Below, one piece after another: positions 36,265 to 49,118 of a stretch of DNA of 64,000 bases. The DNA lies in contig NW_005434624.1 of NCBI RefSeq assembly GCF_000315625.1, positions 389,100 to 453,099 of the forward strand. The letters are read 5' to 3'. A program made the position numbers and the translations under genes. The notes under the pieces are model-generated. The model made no database searches. It had not been told where the DNA came from and saw only the letters and a program-made list of their open reading frames with translations. This DNA comes from Guillardia theta CCMP2712. Its lineage: Eukaryota > Protista > Cryptophyta. Positions within the stretch are counted from its first letter, which is position 1, and every line of letters starts with the position of its first letter.

Positions 36265-39200
36265 ATGGTGCTTGACGCATCACATCTCCCGGGAAGTTTG
36301 AACGCCCAGGTATCGGGCAAGCATCTGTCCAAGTACCCGGACAAAGAGCTCGCCATCAGGATCTTCTCGACACTAGTCGACAGCAACGACACAATCTTCA
36401 GTCTTGGGCTGAGCAAGGACCAGGTCAAGTTGCTCGCTCTACTTGCTAAGGCTCGACATTACAGCAAGGGGCAGTTCTACTGCAGGGAAGGGGAAAACCG
36501 GTCGGAGTTTGCCGTAGTCATCGACGGAGAGTTCACGTTGCAAGACATCCCTCGGCATTCGTGCTCGCTGGGCCCGGGGTCGTTCATAGGAGAGGTTGGT
36601 CTGCTGGGGACCAAGTTTGTCAAGTGCGAGTTCTGCGTGCGGGCCACGATCGACTCTACCCTTGTGACGGTCCCATATCGCAAGTACCTGACGTTCATCG
36701 CCAACTACTCCGAGACTGAGGCTCGCACCCTTGAGTTCTTGAACTCTGCCGTATGCTCAAATCTGATGAAACTCTTGAAGTTGAAGAAGGAGAATGTTGC
36801 CGCAAGAATGCTCCAGTGTGCGCAGAGATCACACAGAGCAAGGAGTTTCTTCCACAGCTCCAAGAAAGACACAAAGAGACTTGCCTGCGTCGCCATACAG
36901 CGAATGTTCCGAAAGTACAGGTTCAAGATGAACCTCTGGCTGAAGAGGCAGATCCCAAGAGTTGAGATGATACAGTGTGCAGTAAGAAGTTGGATTGCCA
37001 GGAGGGTTGTCAGGGAAATACGAGCCGAAAGCAATCATGAGCAAGTGAGGAAAGCGGTTTCAGATGTCAATTTCTGTAAATACAAAGTAACCGAGTGGAA
37101 GAAGATGAAAATTGCTGGAACGTTAGCGAACTCGGTTTCCATTCACAGAGAGGTTGCTCTTTGGGATTTCTTGTCCTGCTTCGATCTCACGTTTGCTCTT
37201 TGCAAGGATTCTTCTTCTGCTGTCGTTCTTGGCCAACTGCCGACACAGAAGTCAGACAAGGTGCTCGGCAAGGTATCTGTATCCGAGACCCTGCTCCTTT
37301 ACGGCCTCGTCTGACTTTGTGCAGTCGACATTGTGGACAAAGGATGGGAAGCTAGAAGGGCAGCAGGATAGCGCACAAGCCACCAACGTCAAGAAGAACG
37401 ACATCCTCTATAAGTGGCTGCGGCGGACAATACACAAGTCCTTCAGAAGTTGGGCCCTGTACATCCAAACCTTGAAAGACAAGATTCAGAGGGGGAAGAA
37501 GAGCGTCAAACACTTCCTATACGGGCCCCTCTACTACTTCTTCGGGCTCTGGTCAAGTCAGAGGAACTCCAAGTACGTCTCCCCGTGGCGAGCAGCTCCC
37601 GGCAAGACGGTCATCCTGACTCACGAGGGCAAGGAGTACGAGTACACTAACGGACATCGAGTGGCCGGGGACAACGGGGTTGGAGTCTTGCTCGAGCCGC
37701 TCCTGTCAAGCAAAGCTCTCTGGAAGGTGCAGTGGGTGTCATCGGGGCTGATCTCGTCCTACTTCACCGGGTCCTGCGGCAGATATTTCCTGCAGTATGC
37801 TCAGAGACGATCAAAGTTCACCTGACTTGACTGGCAGGTGGTGGAAGGGAGCAGAGTCTGAGATGCAACTGCCGCGAGTACACTCCGACACTGAACCTCC
37901 GGCGTCCCTCGTCAAGATCATGGAGCAGCCGAACCAAGCTGAGAAGAACGTGGGACAGCAGCCGCAGACATACCTTGAATACCGACAGACCTCGTGCGAT
38001 ATCTCCTTCTCTGATTCCAAATTTACACCTGACCGGCAATGTGCAGGATTGAAATTATGAAAGTGGTCGGGAGCAGTCGGGACAGGCTGGAGATGACTCG
38101 GAGTGTCACAGTGCCGTTCGGAGCCAAGTACTTCCTCCCATGCCCTCCGGCCTCCGAGTGGGCTCTTGAGATGAACTTCGAGCCCAACACGCTCGAGCAC
38201 ACAGCGCGGGTGTCCCTACGAGCCTCGGAGGCGACGCTCAAGGACTGCGGCAAGGGGGAGCTTGGAATAATCGTCAGTCCGTTGGTGGAAGTCAGAGTGG
38301 ACGGGCATCAGCTGAAGACTATGAAGCCTTTTCAAGTCAAAATCCCGCACCGGTGCTCGTCGACTTCTCATCTGAACCTCTACCACTGGTCTGTCGGAAA
38401 GATGTTCCCTGAGAAGATCTTGTCTGCGGAGTTCTCAACCGACTACTGCACAGCTACAGTAGAGGCTTTCGGGGTGTTTGCTGTCCTCAATGGCCAGCCT
38501 TCGACCCCGGATGTCCTGTATGCGAAGCTCGACGTGGGGGACTTGTACAGAGACAACATAGGAAAGCTCGTCACCAAGGTTCACTTCGGAAAGACCTTCT
38601 CCGGGAGAGTCTTGCTGGTGCCACGAGGTTCAGCTTGCAGCACTGCAGTGCCCTGGTGAGTGAAGCCCTCTTTAGCTTTTGTGAGAGGGAAGTGATCTGG
38701 TTGCAGCATGTCTTTCCTCCCGAGGTTTCTGGTCCGGAATGGATCGACAGTGGACAAGATAGAGCTGGAACCGCTCAAGAAGCTCAAGGGCTACACCCTC
38801 AACAGCTGGTCCAACCGACAGGCCTACATCGGCCGCATGTTCATCATCAACTTCTCCTTCATCGTACAGGCAGTTGCTGGGATCCACGCGCCGACCCGTC
38901 TGCCCATGGTCGACTGCAAAGTGATTCTGTTCAGCTCCAGAGGACAGGAGCTCTTGACGTTTGAGAACGGGAACGAGATCCGCATCCAGGTGACGACGAC
39001 CGACCTGAAGATCTATGTCAGCTTCGAGGAGAGGCTAGCTCCCATGAGCTACACCTGCACCCTCCAGGGACGAGAGTCTCTGCGCGACATCCGCGTGTGG
39101 GTCGCCAAGTGCATTGGAGGGAACGAGATCGAGCCTCTCGCACTGTCCAGGTTCTCCAACTTGAGGTTCGTGTCAGCCGACCGCTCAGACTACTTGTCCC

Positions 39201-39768
39201 TGTCGGATGAATGCTTCGAGCACGCGTCCGCGCACCTCCCCGAGGTTCGCCTGCAGGCACTGACAAAGCTGGACGTGCGGTACGGGAGCGAAGGCGACGT
39301 GGTGGACATGCTGCAAGACGTGTTCATGAGGACTCGGCAGGCTCCTCTGCCTAAAGAGATCAGCCAGAGGAGTCTGCCGAGCCTGAAATCCAAGTCTGGG
39401 TTGTCGCAACAGTTAACGTTAGGGAGGAAGATGCCTCTTCTAGGATGTCCTACTAGTGACGACTGGACGCAACCTTCTGTTGACTCCCTGGCACGGTACA
39501 AGGAGTTGAGTAAGGAGTTGGATCGGCATGGGGGAGCACATCTGGATAAACGAGCAAGGAATCTAGAGGGGACGGTAGCGAACGAATCTAAATGGTTGAG
39601 AAGTGGTTTCCTTACTTCAAGAGAAGAGTCGTCGAGGAGAACCAGGTGATTGTGAAATGTTCTCACTGACTATCTTGACTTGATGGCAGACTACCAAGGC
39701 TTCCTTTAGACCAAGTGCATTCACTTCGCAATAGAAGCCGGTTAGATGGATTCTTTACGTCTCGTTGA
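36265..39768 (+). CDS. Cyclic-nucleotide-binding domain + 2 IQ motifs + ZU5-like domain protein (multi-exon)
   Basis: cNMP: YSKGQFYCREGE..FAVVIDGEF..LGPGSFIGEVGLL..VRATIDSTLVTV. IQ: IQRMFRKYR and IQCAVRSWIARR. ZU5: VSPLVEV..KPFQVKIPH. In-frame introns checked near 37795-37837, 37995-38047 and 39646-39689. Confidence 0.8.
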
Positions 39769-40360
39769 GAAGGTTTCAAACCAATAAACTTCATGCACAG
39801 TCTACGATCACCGATGCTGACGTCATAGATCTCTGAGTTGCTTCACCTACGCTTGATTGAGCTTTCTAGCTCCTTGTTCATGCAACCTTGTCTTGTCAAC
39901 TCGGAATCAACTCTGCATTTTTCGCCGGGTCAACCGTCGATCTTTTTTCCCCCGTAGTCTCAAAATTGAAGGGAACGGATTTGCGAGAGTTCTTTTTTAT
40001 TGCACACAAACTATCCATAGTACCGGTATTGCTCTGGGATTTGGTGAACCCAAAAATGATTTCTTTTTAAGACGTTATCACCAGCCTGAATGCGTTGAGA
40101 GCGGCGACGAAATTGAAGAGTGGAATGAAGGAAGGAATGGAGAAACAGAAATGGTTGACGAGACGATGAGATAAGATGAAAGAGAAGTCAGCAAGAACTT
40201 CGTGGTGAAACAGTTGTGAAGATGATGATCAATTGTAGGAACAAGGAGGAAGGGGGAGATGGGTAAGGCGGTGAGAAAGGAATCGGATATTGTTTTGATT
40301 TCGAGCCGGGCAAGCCGACAAGCTGATCATTCGTTCAAAGGGATCTCACAGACTTCCGTC

Positions 40361-42750
40361 ATGGCGAGCAACCAGGGAGTAGCAAACTTGAAGTCAAGGT
40401 TTGACTTGCCTCTCACACTCAACTCATTCGTAATAAATCACCGCAGGACGGTGCTGATGCCCGACAGTGAAGGGAAAATGAACGCAGATGCGGACACAGT
40501 CACCATGTTCATCACCCAAGTACGCTTCAGAAACACTCTTAAGGTCTCATGACCTTCTTGTAGAGAGCTCAAGTGTCCGGGCAGAAAGTTCAGAAACTGG
40601 TCAAGCTGCCTCGTATCGACAGGTTAGCGTTCTGACGCCGGAAGAAGGAATGTCTAATGACCACTCAGTGCAAAAGGAGCGGAGCCAGCGACAAACAGCG
40701 CACAGAGCTCCAATCTCATTCAAGCGAACAAAGAGGTTCTGTGTTGCAACGATGCTGTATCCCTCCTTGACTGAAAGCAACCATCACAGATGGCCGAAGT
40801 TCAGGCAAAGTTGGATGAGAAGAAGACAGAGTTCAACATCCGGTGACGAGACATTTCGACTTCAGGATTGAGAGCTGATGTTGTTGCAGAATGGCGAAAT
40901 GCAAAGAGAAAGAGGAACTGTTAGCTATGAAACAGGCAAAGTTAAAGCTGGAATCGGAGAACTACAAGCTGTACGTTTGATATTCTTGTCTTTCTGGCGT
41001 CGGATGATGGCATGTCCTGTCTAGTTTCCTCCAAGAATTCAATGCAAAACGAGTAGCTCAACTTCTTTCTTGGTATTCATGATTCTCATCGCCTCTCAGG
41101 AAAGAGCGGAAAAACGAGCGAAGGAGGAAGTTCAAATTAGAAAGGCGAAGGAGGAAGAGATAGAAATCGTCAGTCAAAGTTTCATGACTTCGAAGTTTTG
41201 TTGAAATTCTCTATCAGCTCAAGGCAGAAGTGAAGAATCTGCGAAAAAGGTTGGACGAGGCAAAGAACAAGCTTGAGGGCGGACTGATGTATCAGGTGGC
41301 GAATCTGGACGAGTTCCTTGACTTGTATGAAGTAACTGTGAGCTTAGAACTACTTAGAGAGTGTTGTGGACTTCAGCGAAGATTTCAGCGAAATAGAAGA
41401 CAGTGAGGGTTGGCATGCTCATGTTTCATGCTGTCTTACATGATCGTGAAAAGTCACGAAGAAGAGATATCCCACGTTGGTCTTCACATGCCAAGAGCTG
41501 AAAGTAGCCCTTGTTTTCGATCTCAATCTGTCTTGCTGAAGTCTGCTGTAGGAAGCTGTGTCTGCAAACATGGCGGAAGCGGAGGCGGCACAAGTATGCA
41601 GGAAGATCAATCGAGGGTTGTTCCCTGACACTTTGACCTTAGGAGAAACTCGCCCAACTCTCCAAAGAGATGCAGAACAAAGTCATTCGCTCCCTCCCAT
41701 GCAGCCGGTGCTGATGATGCGAACAGGTCCTGACGCAAAGTAGCGCCGTGGGGGAGCTGCAAAATCGCCTGGAAGTGGCGAAGTTGGACACGGTCGGTGA
41801 CCGCAGCCGCGTAGTCACATGCCTCTCTTCGCTCCCCTCCTCCCCCTTCCCTTCCTGAATGACCAGCGCCCTTCCTTCCCAGGTGATGTGCGAGTCGAAC
41901 CTGGAGATAAGGAATGACGACTCTTCCAACGACATCCGGATGCTCGGGGAGGTACAAGATCTTGCATCTAGACCTCTCCCCCCACTCACTCGTTTCTCAG
42001 ATTCGGCTCGCGGTGCTCAACTTGTACAACAGGTCTCTTCCTGTGGCAGTGGAGGAGCCCGCTGTTGCTGCTCACATCTGCTCAGGTGTCGCAACACGCA
42101 CCTGTCCGAATCCCGTCCCAAGCAAGACACCAAAGACGTGGACGTTGCTCTCCGTTACATCGAAGAGAGGATGCGCGAGCTCATGGTTGATTTCCTTCCT
42201 CTCCCCCCTCCCTCCTCTCTCTTTTCTCCTCTCCTCTCCTCTTCTACCTTCTCCTCTCCTCCCTCCTCTCCTCCTCATCCCTCTCATCTCGTCTTTCTCC
42301 CATCAACTCTTCCTCCTTCTGCCCCCGCTGACTTGCTCCTCCTGGCACTGACTTCTTGCCCCTCTCAGCTCATCGTCAAGGACGGGAAGGATCGCGGCGT
42401 CATTGGAGAGGTCAAGGTCAGGGAGGCGGACGTGAACGCAGCGGTACGTCCGGACTTGATAGTGTTTGAGCTCTGTGCCAGCAGTAACCGGGGAGGCAGA
42501 CCAAGTCGTCAACAGAGAGGAGAGAAGCAAGCCCAACAAGGAGGCTGTCGAGGAGCGCCAAGAACACTCCAAACACCAAGGGAGAGGAGGGAAAGACGCT
42601 GCTCGGCAGTTTCCGCACGCAGCCGCCAATCCACTGATAATCTCTCAGGACCTCCTCCCTTACCTCTTTCCCTCCTTCTCCTCTTGTACATGTATGCCGT
42701 TGCTATTCATTCTCAGGTCTTCTGCTCATGCCACGGATTGAAAGGTTTAT
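40361..42750 (+). CDS. CCDC42/CFAP73-like (DUF4200-type) flagellar coiled-coil protein; 3' end uncertain
   Basis: Spliced pieces MAEVQAKLDEKKTEFNIR|MAKCKEKEELLAMKQAKLK..FLQEFNAKR..LKAEVKNLRKRL..YLESVVDFSEDFSEIED, plus C-terminal IRLAVLNLYNR..DVALRYIEERMREL, resemble this family from memory. Confidence 0.65.
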
Positions 42751-42799
42751 GAATGAATTGAATTATTTGATCAATCCCTCTTTACTTGTGTCCACTGTG

Positions 42800-43060
42800 T
42801 CATTCAGTGGGCCCGTGTGTCCGATCGGATCCGATCCGATCCTTCAGTAGCGTGGTGACCGGGCCGCGGCGGCATACGGTAGTACAAACTTGAAAGTTAA
42901 GTTAAAGATCAGTACTCACTGCCGTTTGGCGGGCCCGCCGGGCCGCCAGTCAGTCTGCAGGTCGGTGGCATCGTGACCCTTGTCATAAAAAAATGCACTG
43001 GCTTATTTTATTGAGGTCGAGGATAAATTCGACAAACCCGCCTCAACAAAATACTAGGCC
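42800..43060. promoter_or_regulatory. Intergenic island with GC palindromes and two conserved modules
   Basis: aaagttaagttaaagatcagtac (42893-42915) and the 43-bp module (43016-43058) upstream of the RCC1 gene. Confidence 0.6.
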
Positions 43061-43325
43061 CGAATCGAATGAGGCAGCCATCAGTCAGGCCATCAGTGTG
43101 CCGAGTCTGGTCTGAGTGGTGATGAGGGCGATGGCCAAGGTTTGTGAAGGTTTCTTGGATAGGATCGGATCCATGGAAGGGAGGGCGTAGCAGCATGCAG
43201 GGATGCGATGAGATGAGGAGGAAGGAGGAAGGAGAGGAAGCAAGCATGGAGTTTCTTGAGCAGGAATGCAACAGCGTCACATTCTTTGGTTCATAGCACA
43301 GAGCCACTTGCTCTGAGGGGCAAGA

Positions 43326-46100
43326 ATGATTCATCAGCAAGCGTTTTGTTCTCTTGTTCTGTTGGTCAAGATCTGCTCAAGTGCAAGCCCGAAGCCATTC
43401 GTTGAGAACAGAGGTCCAGGTGGTGTGCTTACTTGGGGCAGAAACAACCATGGGCAGCTGCAGGCAGGCGGAGGTATAGTCAACATCACAACAGGTCCAT
43501 TTGAATGCCACGTTCATGGCTCACTGAGGATATGCAGACGTCCTCGCTCCCAATCCTCTGAGCAACCTGCCCCTGTCCCCCTATACCAACGTTCAGGTGC
43601 TATCGTGCTGCTCTCTTCTCCCCTCTCTACTGACTATCTTCATCAAGGTGGTTGTGACTAGCGTAGCCGCCGGCGACGGCCACACTCTGATAGCGACAGA
43701 CGAAGGGCTCGTGTATGCGGTAGGAGCGAATGATAGAGGGCAGCTGGGCCTTGGAGATCTGTTCGACAGGCCGAGGTTTATCCTCCTCAAGTCTCTCCAG
43801 AACGCCTCTGGTGCGCTGTACAACGGAGTGGACTTCATTGCGTCCATGGGCTTCCAGAGGGTGTTGGAAGTGTTTGCCGGAGCATCCACGTCAGGTGCTG
43901 TGACTGAGGAGGGGAAACTTTTCGTGTGGGGAGATGGGTCGAAAGGGCAGCTAGGAGCAGGCTGCGCTCCCTTCCCAGCCAAGACTTACTTCGCACCGTG
44001 GGACGACATAACTAACTTCATGGACCCCACCATGGATAGTGGAGCGAACCAGGTGCCCAACTCAAACCCGGAGTCTGCTCGCTATGTGGAGACGAATACG
44101 GTTTTTGACTGCTACCCATACAAGAGGCGGCTCGTCCCCCAGCTGGTGGAGGGGCTGGCGAACACCTACATCAGCAAGGCCGCGTTCTCCAAAACCTTCG
44201 CCGCTGCCCTCACGGGAATGTGCGGAGCTGACCGCTTCTCAGGGCCCTCCTGCTTGCCCACAACGAGCATCGGCAACTTCATCGCGCTGCCAGTGCTGGG
44301 CACGAGGTCCGGGAACGCGCAGGGTTCGGGGTTGGAGATGATGCTGTACGCGGCTGGCGTCCAGACATGCAGGTGCGGGGAGGTGTACATGTGGGGGGAC
44401 AACAAGTACGGGCAGCTGGGGACGGGGGATCAGACCTATAGGTACACGCCGACGTTGGTGACCTCCCTGTCCTCCCTGGGGATCCACATCTCCGACATCG
44501 CGCTCGGAGCCTTCCATGTGGTGGCGCTGAGCTCCAACGGCAACGTGTACACGTGGGGTTACAATGCTCAGGGGCAGCTAGGGAACGGGAACACGATCAG
44601 CCAGGCTTACCCGGTGAGGGTGAGGAAGAACAGTCCTGGCTTCCTCTTCGTTGACGCCATCGCTGCTGGTGCCTATCACTCGGTTTACGTCAACGACATC
44701 GGAGAGCTGTTCTCCTTCGGAAGCAACCGTGACGGGCAGGTGAACGTTTCCTACTTGCTGGCTGATGATCCCCTTGACTCGCTCGTCAGCTGGGGATCGG
44801 ATCAGCCGACATGCTCGCCCATCCTGAGGCTCAGCTAGTCTCCTCGCTTCCTCCTCTTCGAGGGCTGATGATCGACTGTGGCGCCTATCACTGCTTGGCT
44901 ATCACCACCACCTTGACGTTCTTCACCTGGGGCTGGAATCAGTTTGGACAGGTGAGGAGGAGGAAGGGAACTGCTTGTTCCAGTTGTGCTGACGTTAGTG
45001 GGGCTCTCAAGGTCGGCAATGGGAACACAAGCAGCGTCTTCGAGCCTCTCAACTTCACCTTGCCTTCGAGCCTTCCAGGGTTCCCGATCGCGATTGCCAC
45101 AGGGTGAGGAAAGAAGGCTGTAGATGGCACGAGATTGACGGCTGATGGCAGATACTCCCACAACGTGATCGCATTGCAAACGGGAGATCTGACTTACTGC
45201 GGGATCAACGAGTGGGGAAACACTGTTTGCAACCGCAAGTTCAATGTATGCTCGCGAGTTCTCTAGCCCAGCAGTAATGTTTTTTTTTGCTCTCTTCCTC
45301 CTCCAACTTCATCACTTCTTGCTCCTTCCAACCCTCCCTCTTTCTCCTTCTCCTTCTTCTTCTCCTTCTCCTTCTCCTCCTTCTCCTTCTCCTCCTTCTC
45401 CTGCTTCTGCTTCTGCTCCTGCTCCTCCTTCTACCCGCCCTCCATCCCCCCAACCCCGCCTCTTCACCTCTCGCCTATGGCAGTTCCCGACGCCTGTCAC
45501 AACCTCGACGGGAGGGATCTGGTTGGTGACGTCAGCGACGGCCTCGAGCATCGAAGTGATTGGGAGCGACTCGCAAGAATTTACCAGCACGGTCAGTAGC
45601 CTCGTAACTTGTCCGAGGACATAAGTTCCTAGACGTCTGATGTCAGTTGTTGCTCCCACCTAATCGTCATGATCCTTTCTTCTCCTTTGTTTGTCCTCCA
45701 TTTCTCTGTTTTCTAAATTCCTCGTTCCTGGAGTTGTTCCAAGTTTCTCTCTCTATCCCTCACCCCCCACCTTCTCTCTTCCTCGGTCTCTCTGTTGCTA
45801 TCTCTCATGTCTTGTGGTGAAACAACAGGGCTCCATCATCTTATACAGGAACGAAACTTACCTGGGCCTCTTCTCTTACAATGCCATCTCCCTCATAGTG
45901 AGCGACGACAACGACACCTCACATGTTCACCTTGACGCACGTTCGTTGACAGGACACGAATCACTTCGCTTTCCAGAACATGATGCAGAGTTTTCCAACT
46001 GGTGAGTTCACTCCAGATGCAGTATGGAAGACAGCGCTGGTTGTCTGAATGAAGGCTTCCTGGCTGTTTCTTGTAAAGTATATAAGTATTAGCGATGTAA
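43326..46100 (+). CDS. RCC1/BLIP-II repeat protein with predicted signal peptide (multi-exon; 3' end uncertain)
   Basis: MIHQQAFCSLVLLVKICSSA leader; repeats VLTWGRNNHGQL, VAAGDGHTL..VYAVGANDRGQLG, VYMWGDNKYGQLG, ALGAFHVVAL..VYTWGYNAQGQLG, IAAGAYHS and FTWGWNQFGQ. Confidence 0.85.
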
Positions 46101-46489
46101 GATGATGTTGAAGATGTTGTCACAATTTACCATAACAATGAGCTTTATTCTCACATACCAAAAACAAAAACACAAAAAGGAGGACCGATGATATCGAACT
46201 TAAGGGACTGACAGACTTTGTGAGTGCTTCTTTCTATGTACATGCTCGTCCTCGTCTTTCCTACCACAAGCTGCCGCTTCCTCGCAGTGCCTGATCCCTG
46301 CGAGCCCGGGCGGACTCCATTCCTCCTCCTCCTGCTGTTGTGTCAAAACTCGAACAACACTGAATGAGGAAAGGAGTAGAGAGAGAGCTGGGGGGTGCAG
46401 GGTCGGGGGGCGGGGGGCTGGGAAGAGAATCACCAGTCATGCAAGCAGTTGAAATTGCTGGCACATCTCTGGTCAAGGTGCGAGTCTTG

Positions 46490-47875
46490 GCGGCATCCTA
46501 ATCTTCAAGTCATCGCAGCTACACCCGGCCATCCTTCCTACCTCAGCGTAAGCTCCTCCGCTGAAGATGTTGTTTGACGATCTTCCGCCGCTGGTTGCCG
46601 GGCTGGCAGCTGCGTCAAAGATAAAAGGAGGAGACCAAGAAGAGCTAACCGGGAGAGAGGCTTCGAGTCTCCGTCGGAGGAGAAGATAGACGAGTTGTGC
46701 TGCTTCGTAGCGTTCATCCTCCTAGAGCCCCAGCATTTCATTCCACCACCCGCTTCTCGACCTCCTCTCTCACCTCTGATTCTCAGATCCCTGGCTCAGA
46801 GCATTCAGCTCCGCGTTGAGCTTGATCTCAGCTGCTGTCTGCTGCCTGCACCCGAAGGGTCAGTCGCTCTGCCAACCCATGGTAGACGCTCGCACTTTTG
46901 TGGGGCCTGCGGTTTTTCTGCCTTGATGTTCATCACCCGCAGGGGGCGATGCTCCATGGAATCGCCTCCTGAGGAGAAGACGGTAGAGGAGCTGCAGGAC
47001 GAGACAGTAAGATTCCCTCCTCTTGACCACAACTTCAACTCACTGGTCTCTCTGGGAAATTTTCTTCCTCTGCATATCCGACTGCTCATGCGTCTGGTTC
47101 AAGGCTGCTGTGTCCTTCACGCCGGCTCTCTTCGACTCTGAAACCCACATGGACTGCATCCTTTTCATCAGACTCCCTTTTCAACGTCCCTCCCCCTCCC
47201 TCCCTTCCTCTTTCCCTCTCTTTCCACTTTCCGGCCTACTCACCTTACGGCTCTGCTTCTTATCAAACAGGACGCCATCAGACTCACACTTCCCTGCCTT
47301 CTCCTGCAGACCTCTAGCGTCAGCGCAGCAAGAACAAGAGCTGCTCTGACTTGCCTTCGCCTGCTCGCGGACCTTGGAGGCTTCGAGGGTGGCGGCGTGC
47401 TGGATTACGTCATTCACCTTCTCGGACTCAGACCGATCTTAGCACACAAGTCACTACCCACACGAGCATGTCAAGGAGGTCAAGCGATGGTACCAGAGAT
47501 GATCTTCTTAGATGTGCTCCCTTCAATGGTCTTCTCGTGGATGAATTTGCCTCCCGTGGTGAGAACTTCAGAGTTCTTTCCGCGATTGGCAACTACAAAC
47601 ACAAGTCCGTCAGTTCATTGAGCAAGCAGGAGCTGGAGGGAGGAGGAGGAGATCAATATTTCTCTTCACCTTTCTTCCTTGTCTCTGCCGAGGCAGCAGT
47701 GCTCCTCATGCACACCGAGGGACGAGGCGGTTTCGGCTTGGAGTTGTCCGCCGGTCCCGAGCCATCCTTGAACTGAACCTGCATAGGGTTTAATATGTGT
47801 GCGCAGGCTTGACAAGTAGAGTCAGATCAGTCAATGAGATCAGACCTGGCTGTTGAGATTTCTTGAAGATGACAT
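46490..47875 (-). CDS. Low-complexity intron-containing hypothetical protein
   Basis: MSSSRNLNSQ|VQFKDGSGPADNSKPKPPRPS... followed by Ser/Pro/Lys-rich exons; no domain recognised. Confidence 0.35.
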
Positions 47876-48354
47876 GGTTGAAAGATTTCTCTTTGAAGAT
47901 TACTGATGATATATCGCGGTTCTTCGAATCTAGTTGTTGTTGATGATGATGTTCGCTCTTTCTTGTCTTTGTTGCTTCAAACAAGTGCTGTGGGCTTTGA
48001 GGTCTCTTTGCTGTTGTCGTGGATTGCGGCAAGCTCTTCTCTCACTTCACCTCACCCTCTTGAGGGGCACAAGGGGGGGGGGGAGGGTCTGGGGGAGGGC
48101 GCAAATTTACCGTTTACGGGATTTGCTTCTCTATAAATAATTTTATTCTGTGCCATCAACTGGCTCAAGAGGCGCTGGATCAATACAGATAACCAATAAA
48201 TGTTTTATAAATCCCTTTACAGTTGAGAGAGACACGTACTAAAACACCAAAAACACCTGCAAAGCATTATAAACTGATAGAAAAAAGGAGCCAGAAGGGC
48301 TTTTAAAAATATATTTGTACCCAACTGTAGTTTTTAAAAAGCATTTATTTTCTT

Positions 48355-48910
48355 GGTTCCGAAGTTCCGTACGGTACCTGTCAAGCTCTTCAAGCTACGG
48401 TGTCACAGCCTGGCAGTGGACTCGGACCGTCGGACCGACTCCCCAGGCAAGCCCGGGCCGGGCCGGCAAGGCCCGCCGCCGGGCTAATCATCGGATTCGG
48501 TCGCCAGATGGAAACGGATACTTCTTTATGTTCAAAGTTGAGTTAAAAATCAGTACGCCGGAGGGCCTCCGATCGGAGCCTCGGAGGAACTTTCGAGGAC
48601 TCAACACCGGGTATCAGCCAGCGCCGGCCGGGCTTACGGTACGGTCACCCGGATGTTGAGTCCCGGATCACCGTAGCCTCAGTGAACGGCAACTGCAAGT
48701 AGCAGTGTGCCGCGTGTGCGGCACCCAGTCCCGGAGTCCGGCGCACTGGAGTGACTGCCGGGCGGTTGCCACCATTTTCATGATGAGTCACTGAAGAGTC
48801 TCAGTCTCAGGTCACTGGGCCGGCTTAGCCGCTGTCCCAGGTCAGTGAATGGCTGTCACAAATCCGCCTGGACTTCGAGTCGCGAAGCGACATCATAGTA
48901 CTAGTAGTAT
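48355..48910. promoter_or_regulatory. GC-rich palindromic intergenic island containing the aaagttRagttaaaaatcagtac module
   Basis: Module at 48534-48557; also tgagtcccgga, tgagtcactg, gtacggtac, ccgatcgg and gcccgggccgggcc. Confidence 0.55.
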
Positions 48911-49118
48911 GACTGAATCAGCTGGTCTTACTAACCTGAAAACGGAGCTTGGAAGTTGGCTCGCCGATCGGCGATCTCTCATTAGTATCTTTTCAGACAC
49001 AGATTAAAAAATTCCTTGATTAAATTACTGAAAACAGATTCAAATGTTCATATTAAACATAGTGAGCCCCATATCTCATGTGCCTGACCTCAAAAAACAT
49101 CCCGACAGAGCATAGATA

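Noticed and set aside
26410-39768. Operon-like signalling or defence cluster around the RelA/SpoT-like gene
   Set aside because: Eukaryotic genes on mixed strands with separate intergenic regions; no hydrolase or antitoxin-like neighbour was recognised, and linkage cannot be supported without synteny.
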